Below, piece by piece: positions 1 to 8,741 of a stretch of 64,000 nt of DNA (positions are counted from its first letter, which is position 1; each line of letters starts with the position of its first letter). This DNA comes from an uncultured Bacteroidales bacterium. GTDB taxonomy: Bacteria; Bacteroidota; Bacteroidia; Bacteroidales; UBA932. Made by a program: the position numbers and the translations under genes. The notes beneath the pieces were generated by a model. The model did not search any database. It was not told where the DNA came from and saw only the letters and a program-made list of their open reading frames with translations. The stretch is from positions 2,717 to 66,716 of the forward strand of contig CAMODD010000004.1 of the NCBI GenBank assembly GCA_946611215.1, written 5' to 3'.

Positions 1-807
1 GTGGATCCCGCCATCCTGCACATCGGCGGATTTGAACTCAGATGGTACTCTCTTTTGTTTGTGAGCGGCTTCATTCTGGGCTGGTACATCATGAGAAGTT
101 TCTTCCGCCGGGAAAGAATCGGCGAGAACCTCCTGGATCCCATGCTGTACATGCTCCTGATCTGCACCATCGTGGGCGCCCGTCTGGGACATGTCATCTT
201 TTATCAGCCAGACTACTACTTTGGCAGTTGGAAAGGGTTCCTCGAAATCTTCATGCCCTGGAAGGGTGGCCTGGCCAGTCACGGCGGCACCATCGCCCTC
301 CTTATCGGCATCTGGTGGTATGCAAAGAAGTACGGCCCCCGAAACGACTTCGACTTTGTGTGGGTGCTGGACCATCTGGTAATTCCGGTATCCTTCGCTG
401 CCTGCTTCATCCGCCTCGGAAACCTCTTCAATTCGGAAATTTACGGCGGTCCCACGGACCTGCCCTGGGGTTTTGTGTTCCAGCGCAACGGCGAAACCGT
501 TCCCTGCCATCCCACCCAGCTCTATGAGGCTGGAACGTATCTGCTGCTGGGCCTGGTGCTCATGGCCCTGTACTGGAAGAAGCTGGACAAGATGTACCGC
601 GGAACCTTTGTGGGCATCTTCCTCATCATGTGCTTCGGCAGCCGTTTCCTCATCGAGTTTGTCAAGAACGACCAGGTAGATTTCGAGGCCGATATGCTCC
701 TGAACATGGGCCAGATCCTGAGCATTCCCTTTGTTCTTCTGGGCATTGGTTTCCTGGTTTATGCCTTCACGAAAAGGCTTCCTGCACAGGCTGTTCACAG
801 AAAATAA
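1..807 (+). CDS. lgt: Prolipoprotein diacylglyceryl transferase (5' end probably cut by the window edge)
   Basis: Motifs RWY, GARLGHV, GGLASHGG, IRLGNLFNSEIYG, HPTQLYE, RFLIEF; multi-pass hydrophobic protein. Confidence 0.95.
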   Translation: MDPAILHIGGFELRWYSLLFVSGFILGWYIMRSFFRRERIGENLLDPMLYMLLICTIVGARLGHVIFYQPDYYFGSWKGFLEIFMPWKGGLASHGGTIALLIGIWWYAKKYGPRNDFDFVWVLDHLVIPVSFAACFIRLGNLFNSEIYGGPTDLPWGFVFQRNGETVPCHPTQLYEAGTYLLLGLVLMALYWKKLDKMYRGTFVGIFLIMCFGSRFLIEFVKNDQVDFEADMLLNMGQILSIPFVLLGIGFLVYAFTKRLPAQAVHRK

Positions 808-814
808 AAATTTT

Positions 815-888
815 TAATTAGCTGACTGCTAGTGGCGCGATTGTTGTAGTACAATCGCGTCTTATGTTAGTTGGTTATATGAGTCTTA
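815..888. repeat. Shortened (74 bp) copy of the 25-mer/hairpin/25-mer intergenic module
   Basis: TAATTAGCTGACTGCTAG at 815, hairpin GCGATTGT-N6-ACAATCGC, then ATGTTAGTTGGTTATATGAGTCTTA (864-888). Confidence 0.45.
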
Positions 889-2393
889 AAAACGTAGCTT
901 TGGCGCTCGCGCTGCTGATTCCTTCGGCCGCATGGGCGCAGTTTTCAGGGCAGGAACGTCCCGTAAATGACAGCACGCTGGTGCTCTCCCTGGACGACGC
1001 CCTCAAGATAGCCCTTTCCGAGAATACATCGGTGAAAGTGGCCGATATGGAAGTGCAGCGTACCAAGTACGCGCAAAAAGGTTCGTATGGCGCCCTGTTC
1101 CCCCAGATCAACGCCTCGGGCCTCTACAGTTATGCCATCCAGAAGCAGAAGGTATTCTTTGGCTCGGATGATGAAAGTTCCGGCTCTTCTTCCGGCGGCG
1201 GCATGGCCTCCATGTTCACCAGCGCCTTCGAGCCCATCATGTATTACATCCAGCAGCTCTACACAGCCACGAATACGCCCTTTGTCCCGTATGTGGCTCC
1301 CCAGCCCGATCCCAGCACCCAGTCCTCTTCCAGCGACCCCATCGAGATGGGCCGCCGCAACCAGGTACAGCTGGGCCTGAGCGCCAGCATGCCGCTGGTG
1401 AACTTCCAGCTGTGGGAAAGTCTCCGCATTACCGGCGACCAGGTGGAACTGGCCGTGGAAAAGGCCCGCGAATCCCGTCTGGGAACCGTGGCCAGCGTCA
1501 AGCAGGCCTACTTCGCCGTGCTCATGGCCAAGGCCTCCTATGACGTGTACAACGCCGTTTACGAGAACGCCGTCCAGAACTACAAGCTCACCGAGAGCCG
1601 CTACAACGCCCGCAAGGCTTCCGAGATGGATATGGCCCGTGCCCAGAGCACCCTGGCCGCCGCCATCCCCAACCTCTACAACGCAGAGAATTCCGTGTAT
1701 CTGGGCCTTTGGCAGCTCAAGGCTGTCATGGGACTGGATCTGGACCGTGCCGTAGACGTGGAAGGCAAGCTTGAAGACTATGCAGAGCACATGTTCTATG
1801 ACCTCAACGAGGGCGCCGAGGCCTCCCTGGACCGCAACACCCAAATCCGTCAGCTCTCTGCCCAGGCCGAGATGCTGGCCAAGCAAATCCGCATGCAGCA
1901 GTATGCTTACATCCCTACGCTGGCCATGCAGGTGAGCTACAACTACTACACCCAGAGCGACAAGTTCAATCTGAGCCAGTGGAAGTGGCTGCCTTCCAGC
2001 ACCCTGGCCCTGTCCCTGAGCATTCCCATCTTCAGCGGCGGCCAGCGCTACCATGCCATCAAGCAGACGCGTGTGCAGGCCGATGAACTGGCCCTCCAGC
2101 GGGAAAACGCCGAACGTCAGCTCCGCATCGGCATCCGTCAAAGCCTGTCCACCATGGATACGGCCATGAAGACCTACGAGGCAGCCTCCCAGGCCATGAA
2201 GAGCGCCGAGAAAGCCTACGACATTGCCTCCAAGAGCTTCGAGGTGGGCAAGAGCACCCTTACAGATCTCAACAACACCGAGCTCACCCTCACCCAGACC
2301 CGTTTGCAGGCAGCCCAGGCCGTTTACAGCTTTGTAGTGGCCAAGGCCGGCCTGGAGCAGACGCTGGGTTACGATTTTACCGAAGAAAAATAG
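879..2393 (+). CDS. tolC: TolC-family outer membrane efflux protein
   Basis: Signal peptide, LSLDDALKIALSEN, two OEP repeats, first gene of an MFP/RND operon; ATG at 879 chosen. Confidence 0.9.
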   Translation: MSLKNVALALALLIPSAAWAQFSGQERPVNDSTLVLSLDDALKIALSENTSVKVADMEVQRTKYAQKGSYGALFPQINASGLYSYAIQKQKVFFGSDDESSGSSSGGGMASMFTSAFEPIMYYIQQLYTATNTPFVPYVAPQPDPSTQSSSSDPIEMGRRNQVQLGLSASMPLVNFQLWESLRITGDQVELAVEKARESRLGTVASVKQAYFAVLMAKASYDVYNAVYENAVQNYKLTESRYNARKASEMDMARAQSTLAAAIPNLYNAENSVYLGLWQLKAVMGLDLDRAVDVEGKLEDYAEHMFYDLNEGAEASLDRNTQIRQLSAQAEMLAKQIRMQQYAYIPTLAMQVSYNYYTQSDKFNLSQWKWLPSSTLALSLSIPIFSGGQRYHAIKQTRVQADELALQRENAERQLRIGIRQSLSTMDTAMKTYEAASQAMKSAEKAYDIASKSFEVGKSTLTDLNNTELTLTQTRLQAAQAVYSFVVAKAGLEQTLGYDFTEEK

Positions 2394-2403
2394 AAGACGA
2401 TAT

Positions 2404-3423
2404 ATGAAAACGACGAAAATTGCAATGATCGCCGCTCTGGCCATCGCTGCCGCTTCCTGCGGCAATAGCAGCCAGAATGCCGGCGCAGCCTCCACCGAGG
2501 AGGTTGTCCCCAATGTAGAAGTGGCCAAGGCTGCTGTTCGCGACGTGCCGATGGAAGTATCCTATGCGTCCACCGTCCAGGCCTGGGCCGTCAACAATAT
2601 CATGCCCCAGCAGGGCGGCCGCATCCGCAAAATCAATGTGGAAGTGGGAGACTATGTAGTGAAGGGCCAGGTCCTGGCCGAGATGGACCGCTTGCAGCTG
2701 GACCAGCTGGAGCTTCAGGTGAAAAACGACGAAACCGAGTACGAGCGCCTGAAGAGCCTTTATGCAGAAGGCGCCGTGTCCCAGAGCGACTTCGAGACCG
2801 CCGAACTGGGCTACAAGGTCCGTAAATCCAACCTGGACAACCTCCGGGAGAACACCATCCTCCGCAGCCCCATCAACGGTTTTGTGTCGGCCCGCAACTT
2901 TGACGCCGGCGACATGTTCGGCATGAGCGCCCCCCTGTTCGTGGTGCAGCAGGTGCTGCCCGTGAAGCTGCTCGTGGGTATCAGCGAGAGCGAGTACACC
3001 AAGATCAAGAAAGGTGACAACGTCAAACTGACCGTAGACGCCATCCCCGGCCGTGAGTTCACGGGCAAGGTGGAGCGCCTCTATCCCACCATCGACCCCG
3101 CCACGCATACGTTCAAGGCCGAAGTGTCCGTGGCCAATTCTGACAAGGCCCTCCGCCCCGGCATGTATGCCCGCGTCACCGTGAACTTCGGCACGCGCCG
3201 CAGCGTCATCGTCCCGGACCGCGCCCTTGTCAAGCAGGAGGGCACCGGCACCCGCTTCATCTTCGCATTGCAGGCCGATGGCACCGTGAGCTATCTGCCT
3301 GTTACCATCGGCCGCCATATCGGCGCAGAATATGAGATCCTATCCGGCCTGGAAGAAGATGCCACCGTGGTGGTCAAAGGACAGGCCCTCCTGAGAGACG
3401 GCGTTAAGGTGAACGTGCTATGA
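2404..3423 (+). CDS. RND efflux periplasmic adaptor (MFP), lipoprotein
   Basis: Lipobox AAASC; GRIRKINVEVGDYVVKGQVLA lipoyl half; LRPGMYARV. Confidence 0.92.
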   Translation: MKTTKIAMIAALAIAAASCGNSSQNAGAASTEEVVPNVEVAKAAVRDVPMEVSYASTVQAWAVNNIMPQQGGRIRKINVEVGDYVVKGQVLAEMDRLQLDQLELQVKNDETEYERLKSLYAEGAVSQSDFETAELGYKVRKSNLDNLRENTILRSPINGFVSARNFDAGDMFGMSAPLFVVQQVLPVKLLVGISESEYTKIKKGDNVKLTVDAIPGREFTGKVERLYPTIDPATHTFKAEVSVANSDKALRPGMYARVTVNFGTRRSVIVPDRALVKQEGTGTRFIFALQADGTVSYLPVTIGRHIGAEYEILSGLEEDATVVVKGQALLRDGVKVNVL

Positions 3424-6400
3424 GCATTTACAGAACTTCCGTAGAGCATCCGGTAACTACCGCGCTGGTATTCCTGGCACTCGCCATCATGGGCGTGTTC
3501 TCCCTGGTACAGCTCCCGGTAGACAATTTCCCGGACATTGAATCCAACACCATCATGGTGATGAGTTCCTATCCCGGCGCTTCGGCCGAGGACGTGGAAA
3601 CCAACCTCACCAAAGTGCTGGAGAACTCCCTGAACGGTGTTCCCAACCTGAAGAACCTCACGTCCAATTCCCGTGAGAACATTGCCGTCCTCACCCTGGA
3701 ATTCGAGTACGGAACGCCCATCGACGAAGCTACCAACGACGTCCGCGACAAACTGGACATGGTGAGCCAGGCGCTCCCGGACGGCGCATCCTCTCCTTTT
3801 ATCTTCAAGTTCAGCGCCGACGACCTCCCCATCCTCATTCTCTCGGCTACGGCCGACCAGAGCGTGAGCGCCCTCGACAAGATCCTGGACGAGCGTGTGG
3901 CCACTCCGCTGGCCCGCGTGACGGGTGTGGGTACCGTGTCGGTAGCCGGTGCGCCCAAGCGTGAAATCCAGGTCTATGTGGACCCTTCCAAGCTGGAAGC
4001 CTATAACCTGAGCATCAGCGCCATTTCTTCGATTATCGCGGCCGAGAACCGAAACATCCCTTCTGGCAGCATTGATATCGGCTCCGATACTTATACCCTC
4101 CGCATCAAAAAGGAGTTCTCGGATCCTTCCGAGCTCCTGGACGTGGTGCTGGGCAGCTTCAACGGCGGTACCATTTACCTCAGGGACGTGGCTCGCGTTA
4201 TCGATACCGTTGAGGAAAAGTCGCAGGAGTCCTATACGGGCGGCGTCCGCGGCGCCCAGATTGTCATCCAGAAGCAGTCTGGCTACAACACCGTTGAAGT
4301 TATCCGCAAGGTCAAGGCCTCCCTGGCGCAGCTGGAGAAAAACCTTCCTGCCGACATCAAGATTACCACGGTGGTGGACAACTCCCGCAACATCCTCCAA
4401 ACCATCGGCTCCCTGAAGGAGACCATCCTCATTACCTTCCTGGTGGTGATGCTGGTGGTGTTCCTGTTCCTTGGCCGCTTGAAGGGTACCCTTATCGTGG
4501 TGCTGTCCATCCCCATCGCCCTCCTCGCTTCCCTGATGTACTTGTACTTTACGGGTAACACGCTCAATATCATCTCCATGAGCGCCCTGTCCATTGCCAT
4601 CGGCATGGTGGTGGACGATGCCATCGTGGTGCTGGAGAACGTGACATCGCACCTGGAGAGGGGAGAGAAGCCCACGGAGGCCGCCGTGCACGGTACGGCC
4701 GAGGTAGGTATCTCGGTTATCGCATCCACCCTCACCATGCTGTGCGTGTTCCTGCCCCTTACCATGATGAGCGGCATGGCCGGCATCATGTTCCGGCAGC
4801 TGGGCTTCATCGTGTCCATCATCATGATTGTGTCCACTACGGCAGCCCTTACGCTGGTTCCCATGCTGTGCGCACTCCTGATGAACAACAAGCCCACTAC
4901 CAACAAACTGTATGTCTGGGTGTTCAGCTATGTGAACAGGTTCCTGGACGGCGTGTCGGCCGGTTATTCGCGCCTGATTGCCTGGTGCATGAATCACAAG
5001 AAGCTCATCCTGGCCGCAGCGGTGGTGATTTTCGTGGCCGTGATGGCCGTTTATGCCCCCCGCATGAAGACGGAATTCTTCCCCAACTCCGACGCCGGCC
5101 GCCTGAGGGCTACCATCGAACTGCCCATCGGCACGGCGCAGGATGTCACGCGTGAGGTCGCCGCCCGCATCTATGAGAAGATCATGGCCGATGTCCCCGA
5201 GGTGGAGGTTCTCAGCTACAGCTTCGGCCAGGCCGACTCCGAGAACGCCTTCGCTTCCATGCAGCAAAACGGTACATACCTCATCTCCATGAACATCAAC
5301 GTGGGGTCCATGGAAGACCGTAAGCGTTCTGTGTCCGAGATTGCCGATGTCATCCGCGCCGACCTCAAGCTCTTCCCCGAGCTCAACCGTTTCAACGTGA
5401 CGGAAGGCATGGGTATGGGCGGTCGCGCCTCCGTGCAGCTGGAAATCTACGGCTACGACTTTAACGAGACCGAGAATGCCGCCCGCAACCTTCGCATGGC
5501 CATGATGGAAAGCGGTGTCTTCACCCAGGCCATCCTGTCCCGTGACCAGTATACTCCTGAGTACGAAGTGGACTTTGACCGCGAAAAGCTGGCGCTCAAC
5601 GGACTCAACTCCGTAACCGCCGCCATGGCCGTGTCGGCCGCTATGTCCGGCTCCGTGGCTTCCTACTACCGTGAAGACGGTGAGGAATACAACATCCGTG
5701 TACGCTATGCCCCGGAGTTCCGCACCAGCATGGAAGACATGGAGAATATCGTCATCACCAATGCGCAGGGCCGTTCCCTCAAGGTGAAGGACCTGGGCCG
5801 CATTGTGGAATCCAAGGTTCCGCCCACCATTCAGCGCAAGAACCGTGACCGCTACATTTCCGTGAACGGTATCGTGGCCAGCGGCATGACGCTCAGTGAC
5901 GGTGTGGAATTCGTACAGGCCCACCTTGAGAAGAATCCGCTGCCGCAGGGTCTTACCTGGTCTATTGGCGGTGACTACGAGCAGCAGCAGGAAATGTTCA
6001 GCTCCATGATTCTCCTCGGACTCCTCATCATTATCCTGGTGTACATGGTGATGGCTTCCCAGTTCGAGAGTTTTCTGGGACCGTTCGTGATCATGTTCTC
6101 CATTCCGTTCGCCTTTGTGGGTGTGGCCCTCGGAAACCTTGCCTCCGGCCTGGCCGTGGGCATGATGTCGGCCGTGGGTATCATCATCCTGCTGGGTATT
6201 GTGGTGAAAAACGGTATTGTGCTCATCGACTACACCATCCTGCTGCAGGAGAGAGGCTACTCCGTGCGTGATGCTTCCGTATCGGCCGCCAAAGCCCGTC
6301 TGCGTCCTATCCTCATGACAACCCTCACCACCGTGCTGGGTATGCTGCCCATGGCACTGGGTCGCGGCGAGGGCTCCGAGCTCTGGAACGGCCTGGGTAC

Positions 6401-6512
6401 CACCGTGGCTTGGGGTTTGTCTGTCTCCACGCTCATTACCCTGGTCCTGATTCCCGTGGTGTACTGCGGCCTGTGTGAACATCGTGAAAAACGCCGTGCC
6501 CGCCGCAGCTAA
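3420..6512 (+). CDS. RND efflux permease (AcrB/AcrD/AcrF family)
   Basis: 1030 aa; YPGASAEDVE, GMVVDDAIVVLEN, GIVVKNGIVLID, RLRPILMT; 4-bp overlap with the MFP gene. Confidence 0.95.
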   Translation: MSIYRTSVEHPVTTALVFLALAIMGVFSLVQLPVDNFPDIESNTIMVMSSYPGASAEDVETNLTKVLENSLNGVPNLKNLTSNSRENIAVLTLEFEYGTPIDEATNDVRDKLDMVSQALPDGASSPFIFKFSADDLPILILSATADQSVSALDKILDERVATPLARVTGVGTVSVAGAPKREIQVYVDPSKLEAYNLSISAISSIIAAENRNIPSGSIDIGSDTYTLRIKKEFSDPSELLDVVLGSFNGGTIYLRDVARVIDTVEEKSQESYTGGVRGAQIVIQKQSGYNTVEVIRKVKASLAQLEKNLPADIKITTVVDNSRNILQTIGSLKETILITFLVVMLVVFLFLGRLKGTLIVVLSIPIALLASLMYLYFTGNTLNIISMSALSIAIGMVVDDAIVVLENVTSHLERGEKPTEAAVHGTAEVGISVIASTLTMLCVFLPLTMMSGMAGIMFRQLGFIVSIIMIVSTTAALTLVPMLCALLMNNKPTTNKLYVWVFSYVNRFLDGVSAGYSRLIAWCMNHKKLILAAAVVIFVAVMAVYAPRMKTEFFPNSDAGRLRATIELPIGTAQDVTREVAARIYEKIMADVPEVEVLSYSFGQADSENAFASMQQNGTYLISMNINVGSMEDRKRSVSEIADVIRADLKLFPELNRFNVTEGMGMGGRASVQLEIYGYDFNETENAARNLRMAMMESGVFTQAILSRDQYTPEYEVDFDREKLALNGLNSVTAAMAVSAAMSGSVASYYREDGEEYNIRVRYAPEFRTSMEDMENIVITNAQGRSLKVKDLGRIVESKVPPTIQRKNRDRYISVNGIVASGMTLSDGVEFVQAHLEKNPLPQGLTWSIGGDYEQQQEMFSSMILLGLLIIILVYMVMASQFESFLGPFVIMFSIPFAFVGVALGNLASGLAVGMMSAVGIIILLGIVVKNGIVLIDYTILLQERGYSVRDASVSAAKARLRPILMTTLTTVLGMLPMALGRGEGSELWNGLGTTVAWGLSVSTLITLVLIPVVYCGLCEHREKRRARRS

Positions 6513-6521
6513 CCGTTATTC

Positions 6522-6549
6522 CTGTCATTCTGAACGAAGTGAAGAATCT
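6522..6549 (+). repeat. 28-bp REP-like element CTGTCATTCTGAACGAAGTGAAGAATCT
   Basis: 26/28 identical to 51419-51446; imperfect palindrome (ATTCT...AGAAT). Confidence 0.75.
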
Positions 6550-6843
6550 ATGAAAGCAATTTTTATAGCATACAACCAGGCCTACAATCAGGAGATTGTG
6601 GATCTTCTGGAGAACCTTGGCCAGCGCGGCTACACCACATGGGAAGAAATCGGCGGCCGCGGCTCCGTGGACGGTGAGCCCCACCTTGGCAACCACGCCT
6701 GGCCCACACAGAATCACGCCCTGCTGAGCGTCGTGGAAGACAACCTCGCCCCCAGGGTGATGGCTGCCCTCCGCGAGACCGACGCCGCCAACCGCGCCCT
6801 CGGCCTTCGCGCCTACGTCCTCCCCGTGGAGGACGCACTGTAG
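6550..6843 (+). CDS. PG0541-type transporter-associated small protein (PII-like fold)
   Basis: MKAIFIAYNQA...RGYTTWEEIGGRGSVDGEPHLGNHAWPT; usual position after Bacteroidetes RND permeases; ATG at 6550. Confidence 0.8.
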   Translation: MKAIFIAYNQAYNQEIVDLLENLGQRGYTTWEEIGGRGSVDGEPHLGNHAWPTQNHALLSVVEDNLAPRVMAALRETDAANRALGLRAYVLPVEDAL

Positions 6844-6971
6844 CGCCGGGCCGGCACTGCTGCGGCGCTGCCACGGCGCGGGCATCGGCTCCGGCGCTGG
6901 CACTTGCATCGGCCCTGCCACGGCATCGGTCCCTGTCTGGCCCAGCCACGGCATCGCCTCCCCCCTTACGC

Positions 6972-7112
6972 TTGCCGCGTTGACGCCAAATCGGCCGTCT
7001 GTGCGTTCTGTGTGTCAACGCGGCCGGCATTTTGCCGTTTTTGGCCGATTTCCTTGCCGCGTTGACGCCAAATCGGCCGTCTGCGCATTCTACGTGTCAA
7101 CGCGGCCGGGAG
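6972..7112 (+). repeat. Left direct repeat with two 51-bp hairpins (6974-7024, 7056-7106)
   Basis: GCCGCGTTGAC-N29-GTCAACGCGGC twice with 82-bp period; near-identical to 8385-8525. Confidence 0.92.
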
Positions 7113-7210
7113 AAAGGCCGGGATGCACGCGTCGGCAGAATGGGCGGCGGCAATGGCGGCCAGGTATCGGCGGAAGTAGTGGCGGCACGGCTTTGCGGCA
7201 CCCGCCCCAC

Positions 7211-8128
7211 TTAGCCGAGCACCAGGCATCGCTTGATCTGGGCTTCGGGAAGGTGGTATTCGTAGTAGAGCTCCCGGGCAATGCGCTGCTTCTGGCTTCC
7301 GGTGAGCTGGTATACGGAAGTGACGCCGTAGCCGGGCAGAATGTCTTTGTCTATCAGTCTGCATACGTCCATGTCCTGCAGCCGGGTCCGGCTGAATGCG
7401 CGGCCGTTCTCGTTCCTCAGCAGCTGATCGATGCTGCCCTCATACCCGGGCTCCAGCATGTCCAGCGTGATGGGATTTCCGGTATGGTCTGCCTCCTGGC
7501 TGCGTGTCCAGTCTTCATCACTCAGCCGGTTCATCTGATAGAGGTAGTTGCGGGGAGAACCGTAGAACTGCTCGGCCCGGCGTATCTCCATGAAGCTGCG
7601 CCGGAGGAAGACACCATCGGCACTCATCTGGAACTCGTCGGGGAATTCGGCGTGGCGTGGCAGGCGGGAGGCGATGTCGGCTCGTGAAAGGGGAGCAGCC
7701 TTCTCTGAAGACAGGCCGATATCCTCCACGAACAGCTCCCGTGCCGTGCAGTACTTGTAGCCAAGGGCCGTTGCAGCAGCCTGGTGATGCAGCCCGTTCC
7801 GAAGGATATAACTCTCAAGCACCATCTGGTGGTTGAATCCTTCGACCTTCAGGAGGTAGGTGTATTTCTCCCCAAACCGTCCCGTACGGCCATATTTCTG
7901 GTTGAAGTACTTGGTATACGACATGCGGAGAGCGGCGGCGTACTCCATAGGCCTGCCGGAAAACACGTTCTGATGCACGTGTGTGGACATCTCTGCCTCC
8001 ACGAGGATTTCGGTATCAGAGGAATAGGCACGCAGTGCCATCAGGTTCAGCATCATGCCGTGGTCTTCCTCGTCACGGAACAGGACCTCCTGGTGCGAGG
8101 TAAAGCAAATATGATAGGACTCTTTCAT
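7211..8128 (-). CDS. REP-associated tyrosine transposase-like HUH protein (Y1/RAYT) with C-terminal extension
   Basis: N-terminal YHI..LFRDEED, HUH motif MSTHVH, YFNQKYGRTGRFGE, catalytic-Tyr helix YILRN; flanked by hairpin repeats. Confidence 0.8.
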   Translation of the reverse strand: MKESYHICFTSHQEVLFRDEEDHGMMLNLMALRAYSSDTEILVEAEMSTHVHQNVFSGRPMEYAAALRMSYTKYFNQKYGRTGRFGEKYTYLLKVEGFNHQMVLESYILRNGLHHQAAATALGYKYCTARELFVEDIGLSSEKAAPLSRADIASRLPRHAEFPDEFQMSADGVFLRRSFMEIRRAEQFYGSPRNYLYQMNRLSDEDWTRSQEADHTGNPITLDMLEPGYEGSIDQLLRNENGRAFSRTRLQDMDVCRLIDKDILPGYGVTSVYQLTGSQKQRIARELYYEYHLPEAQIKRCLVLG

Positions 8129-8132
8129 GTTC

Positions 8133-8140
8133 CAAACATA
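8133..8140 (-). promoter_or_regulatory. Bacteroidetes -7 promoter box for the RAYT gene
   Basis: TATGTTTG on the minus strand, 4 nt before the ATG. Confidence 0.55.
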
Positions 8141-8164
8141 GTGAATCCTGCTCCCGCATTCAAC

Positions 8165-8225
8165 AATCGGCTAAAAGAAAGTGATGTTTTAGCCGATTTT
8201 CGGCGAAGTTTTTCTGTTTTAGCCG
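8165..8225. repeat. Inverted repeat upstream of RAYT plus a third half-site
   Basis: AATCGGCTAAAA-N10-TTTTAGCCGATT (8165-8198) and another TGTTTTAGCCG at 8215-8225. Confidence 0.7.
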
Positions 8226-8260
8226 GTAATGTGGCAGAAAAATAACTTTTTTGACCATGC

Positions 8261-8388
8261 CGGCCGATGGCGCTTCGGGGGGCGGCGGTGCTTCCGGGGA
8301 CGGCCGATGGCGCTTCGGGGGGCGGCAGTGATACCGCGGCGTCCGGTTGCGACGGAAAGGCGTTGTTGCGACGGGAAGGCGTTGTTGC
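8261..8388 (+). repeat. Short tandem duplications (40-bp and 19-bp periods)
   Basis: CGGCCGATGGCGCTTCGGGGGGCGGC at 8261 and 8301; TTGCGACGGRAAGGCGTTG twice from 8347. Confidence 0.8.
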
Positions 8389-8525
8389 CGCGTTGACGCC
8401 AAATCGCCATTCTGTGCGTTCTGTGTGTCAACGCGGCCGGCATTTTGCCGTTTTTGGCCGATTTCCTTGCCGCGTTGACGCCAAATCGGCCGTCTGTGCA
8501 TTCTACGTGTCAACGCGGCCGGGAG
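8385..8525 (+). repeat. Right direct repeat with two 51-bp hairpins (8387-8437, 8469-8519)
   Basis: Same stems, loops and linker as 6972-7112, same orientation. Confidence 0.92.
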
Positions 8526-8607
8526 CAGCGCCTGTATGTTGCCGGGAGCAGCGCCTGTATGTTGCCGGGAGCAGCGCCTGTATGTTGCCGGGAGCAGTGC
8601 CTGCATG
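8518..8607 (+). repeat. 23-bp tandem repeat (3 perfect copies plus 1 degenerate)
   Basis: GCCGGGAGCAGCGCCTGTATGTT at 8518, 8541, 8564; variant at 8587. Confidence 0.92.
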
Positions 8608-8690
8608 GAGCCCGATCTGGGCCGACGAGGGGGAGCGGGGCCGACGGCGAGGTGGCATCGGCGGGGCTAACGGCGGCGTAGGGGAATTGT

Positions 8691-8713
8691 TTTGGAAAAA
8701 ATACTTATATTTG
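8691..8713 (+). promoter_or_regulatory. Bacteroidetes promoter for trxA
   Basis: TATATTTG at 8706-8713 matches TAnnTTTG; TTTG upstream. Confidence 0.6.
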
Positions 8714-8741
8714 TACGTTATTAACTATTAAAATAAAGACA

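Larger units (their letters stand above)
6972..8525. mobile_element. REPtron-like locus: RAYT gene between direct hairpin-doublet repeats
   Basis: Transposase-like CDS bracketed by two ~141-bp direct repeats, lying between the efflux operon and trxA. Confidence 0.7.

Noticed and set aside
3291-6482. Very long antisense ORFs (1063 aa here; also 15180-17687, 46566-50564, 53584-55698, 56469-58604 and others)
   Set aside because: They mirror well-recognised genes on the opposite strand and are expected from strong GC3 bias; they show no recognisable motifs
8185-8225. TGTTTTAGC words upstream of RAYT as LacI operators
   Set aside because: They match only one half-site, belong to a different inverted repeat with a 10-nt spacer, and are far from the glycan genes
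6972-8607. Hairpin doublets and the 23-bp array as a CRISPR array
   Set aside because: No unique spacers (the linkers are themselves repeated and the 23-mers are contiguous) and no cas genes
6966-8731. ORFs crossing the repeats (6966-7364, 6980-7687, 8160-8606, 8267-8731)
   Set aside because: Low-complexity translations of GC-rich repeats or antisense to the RAYT gene
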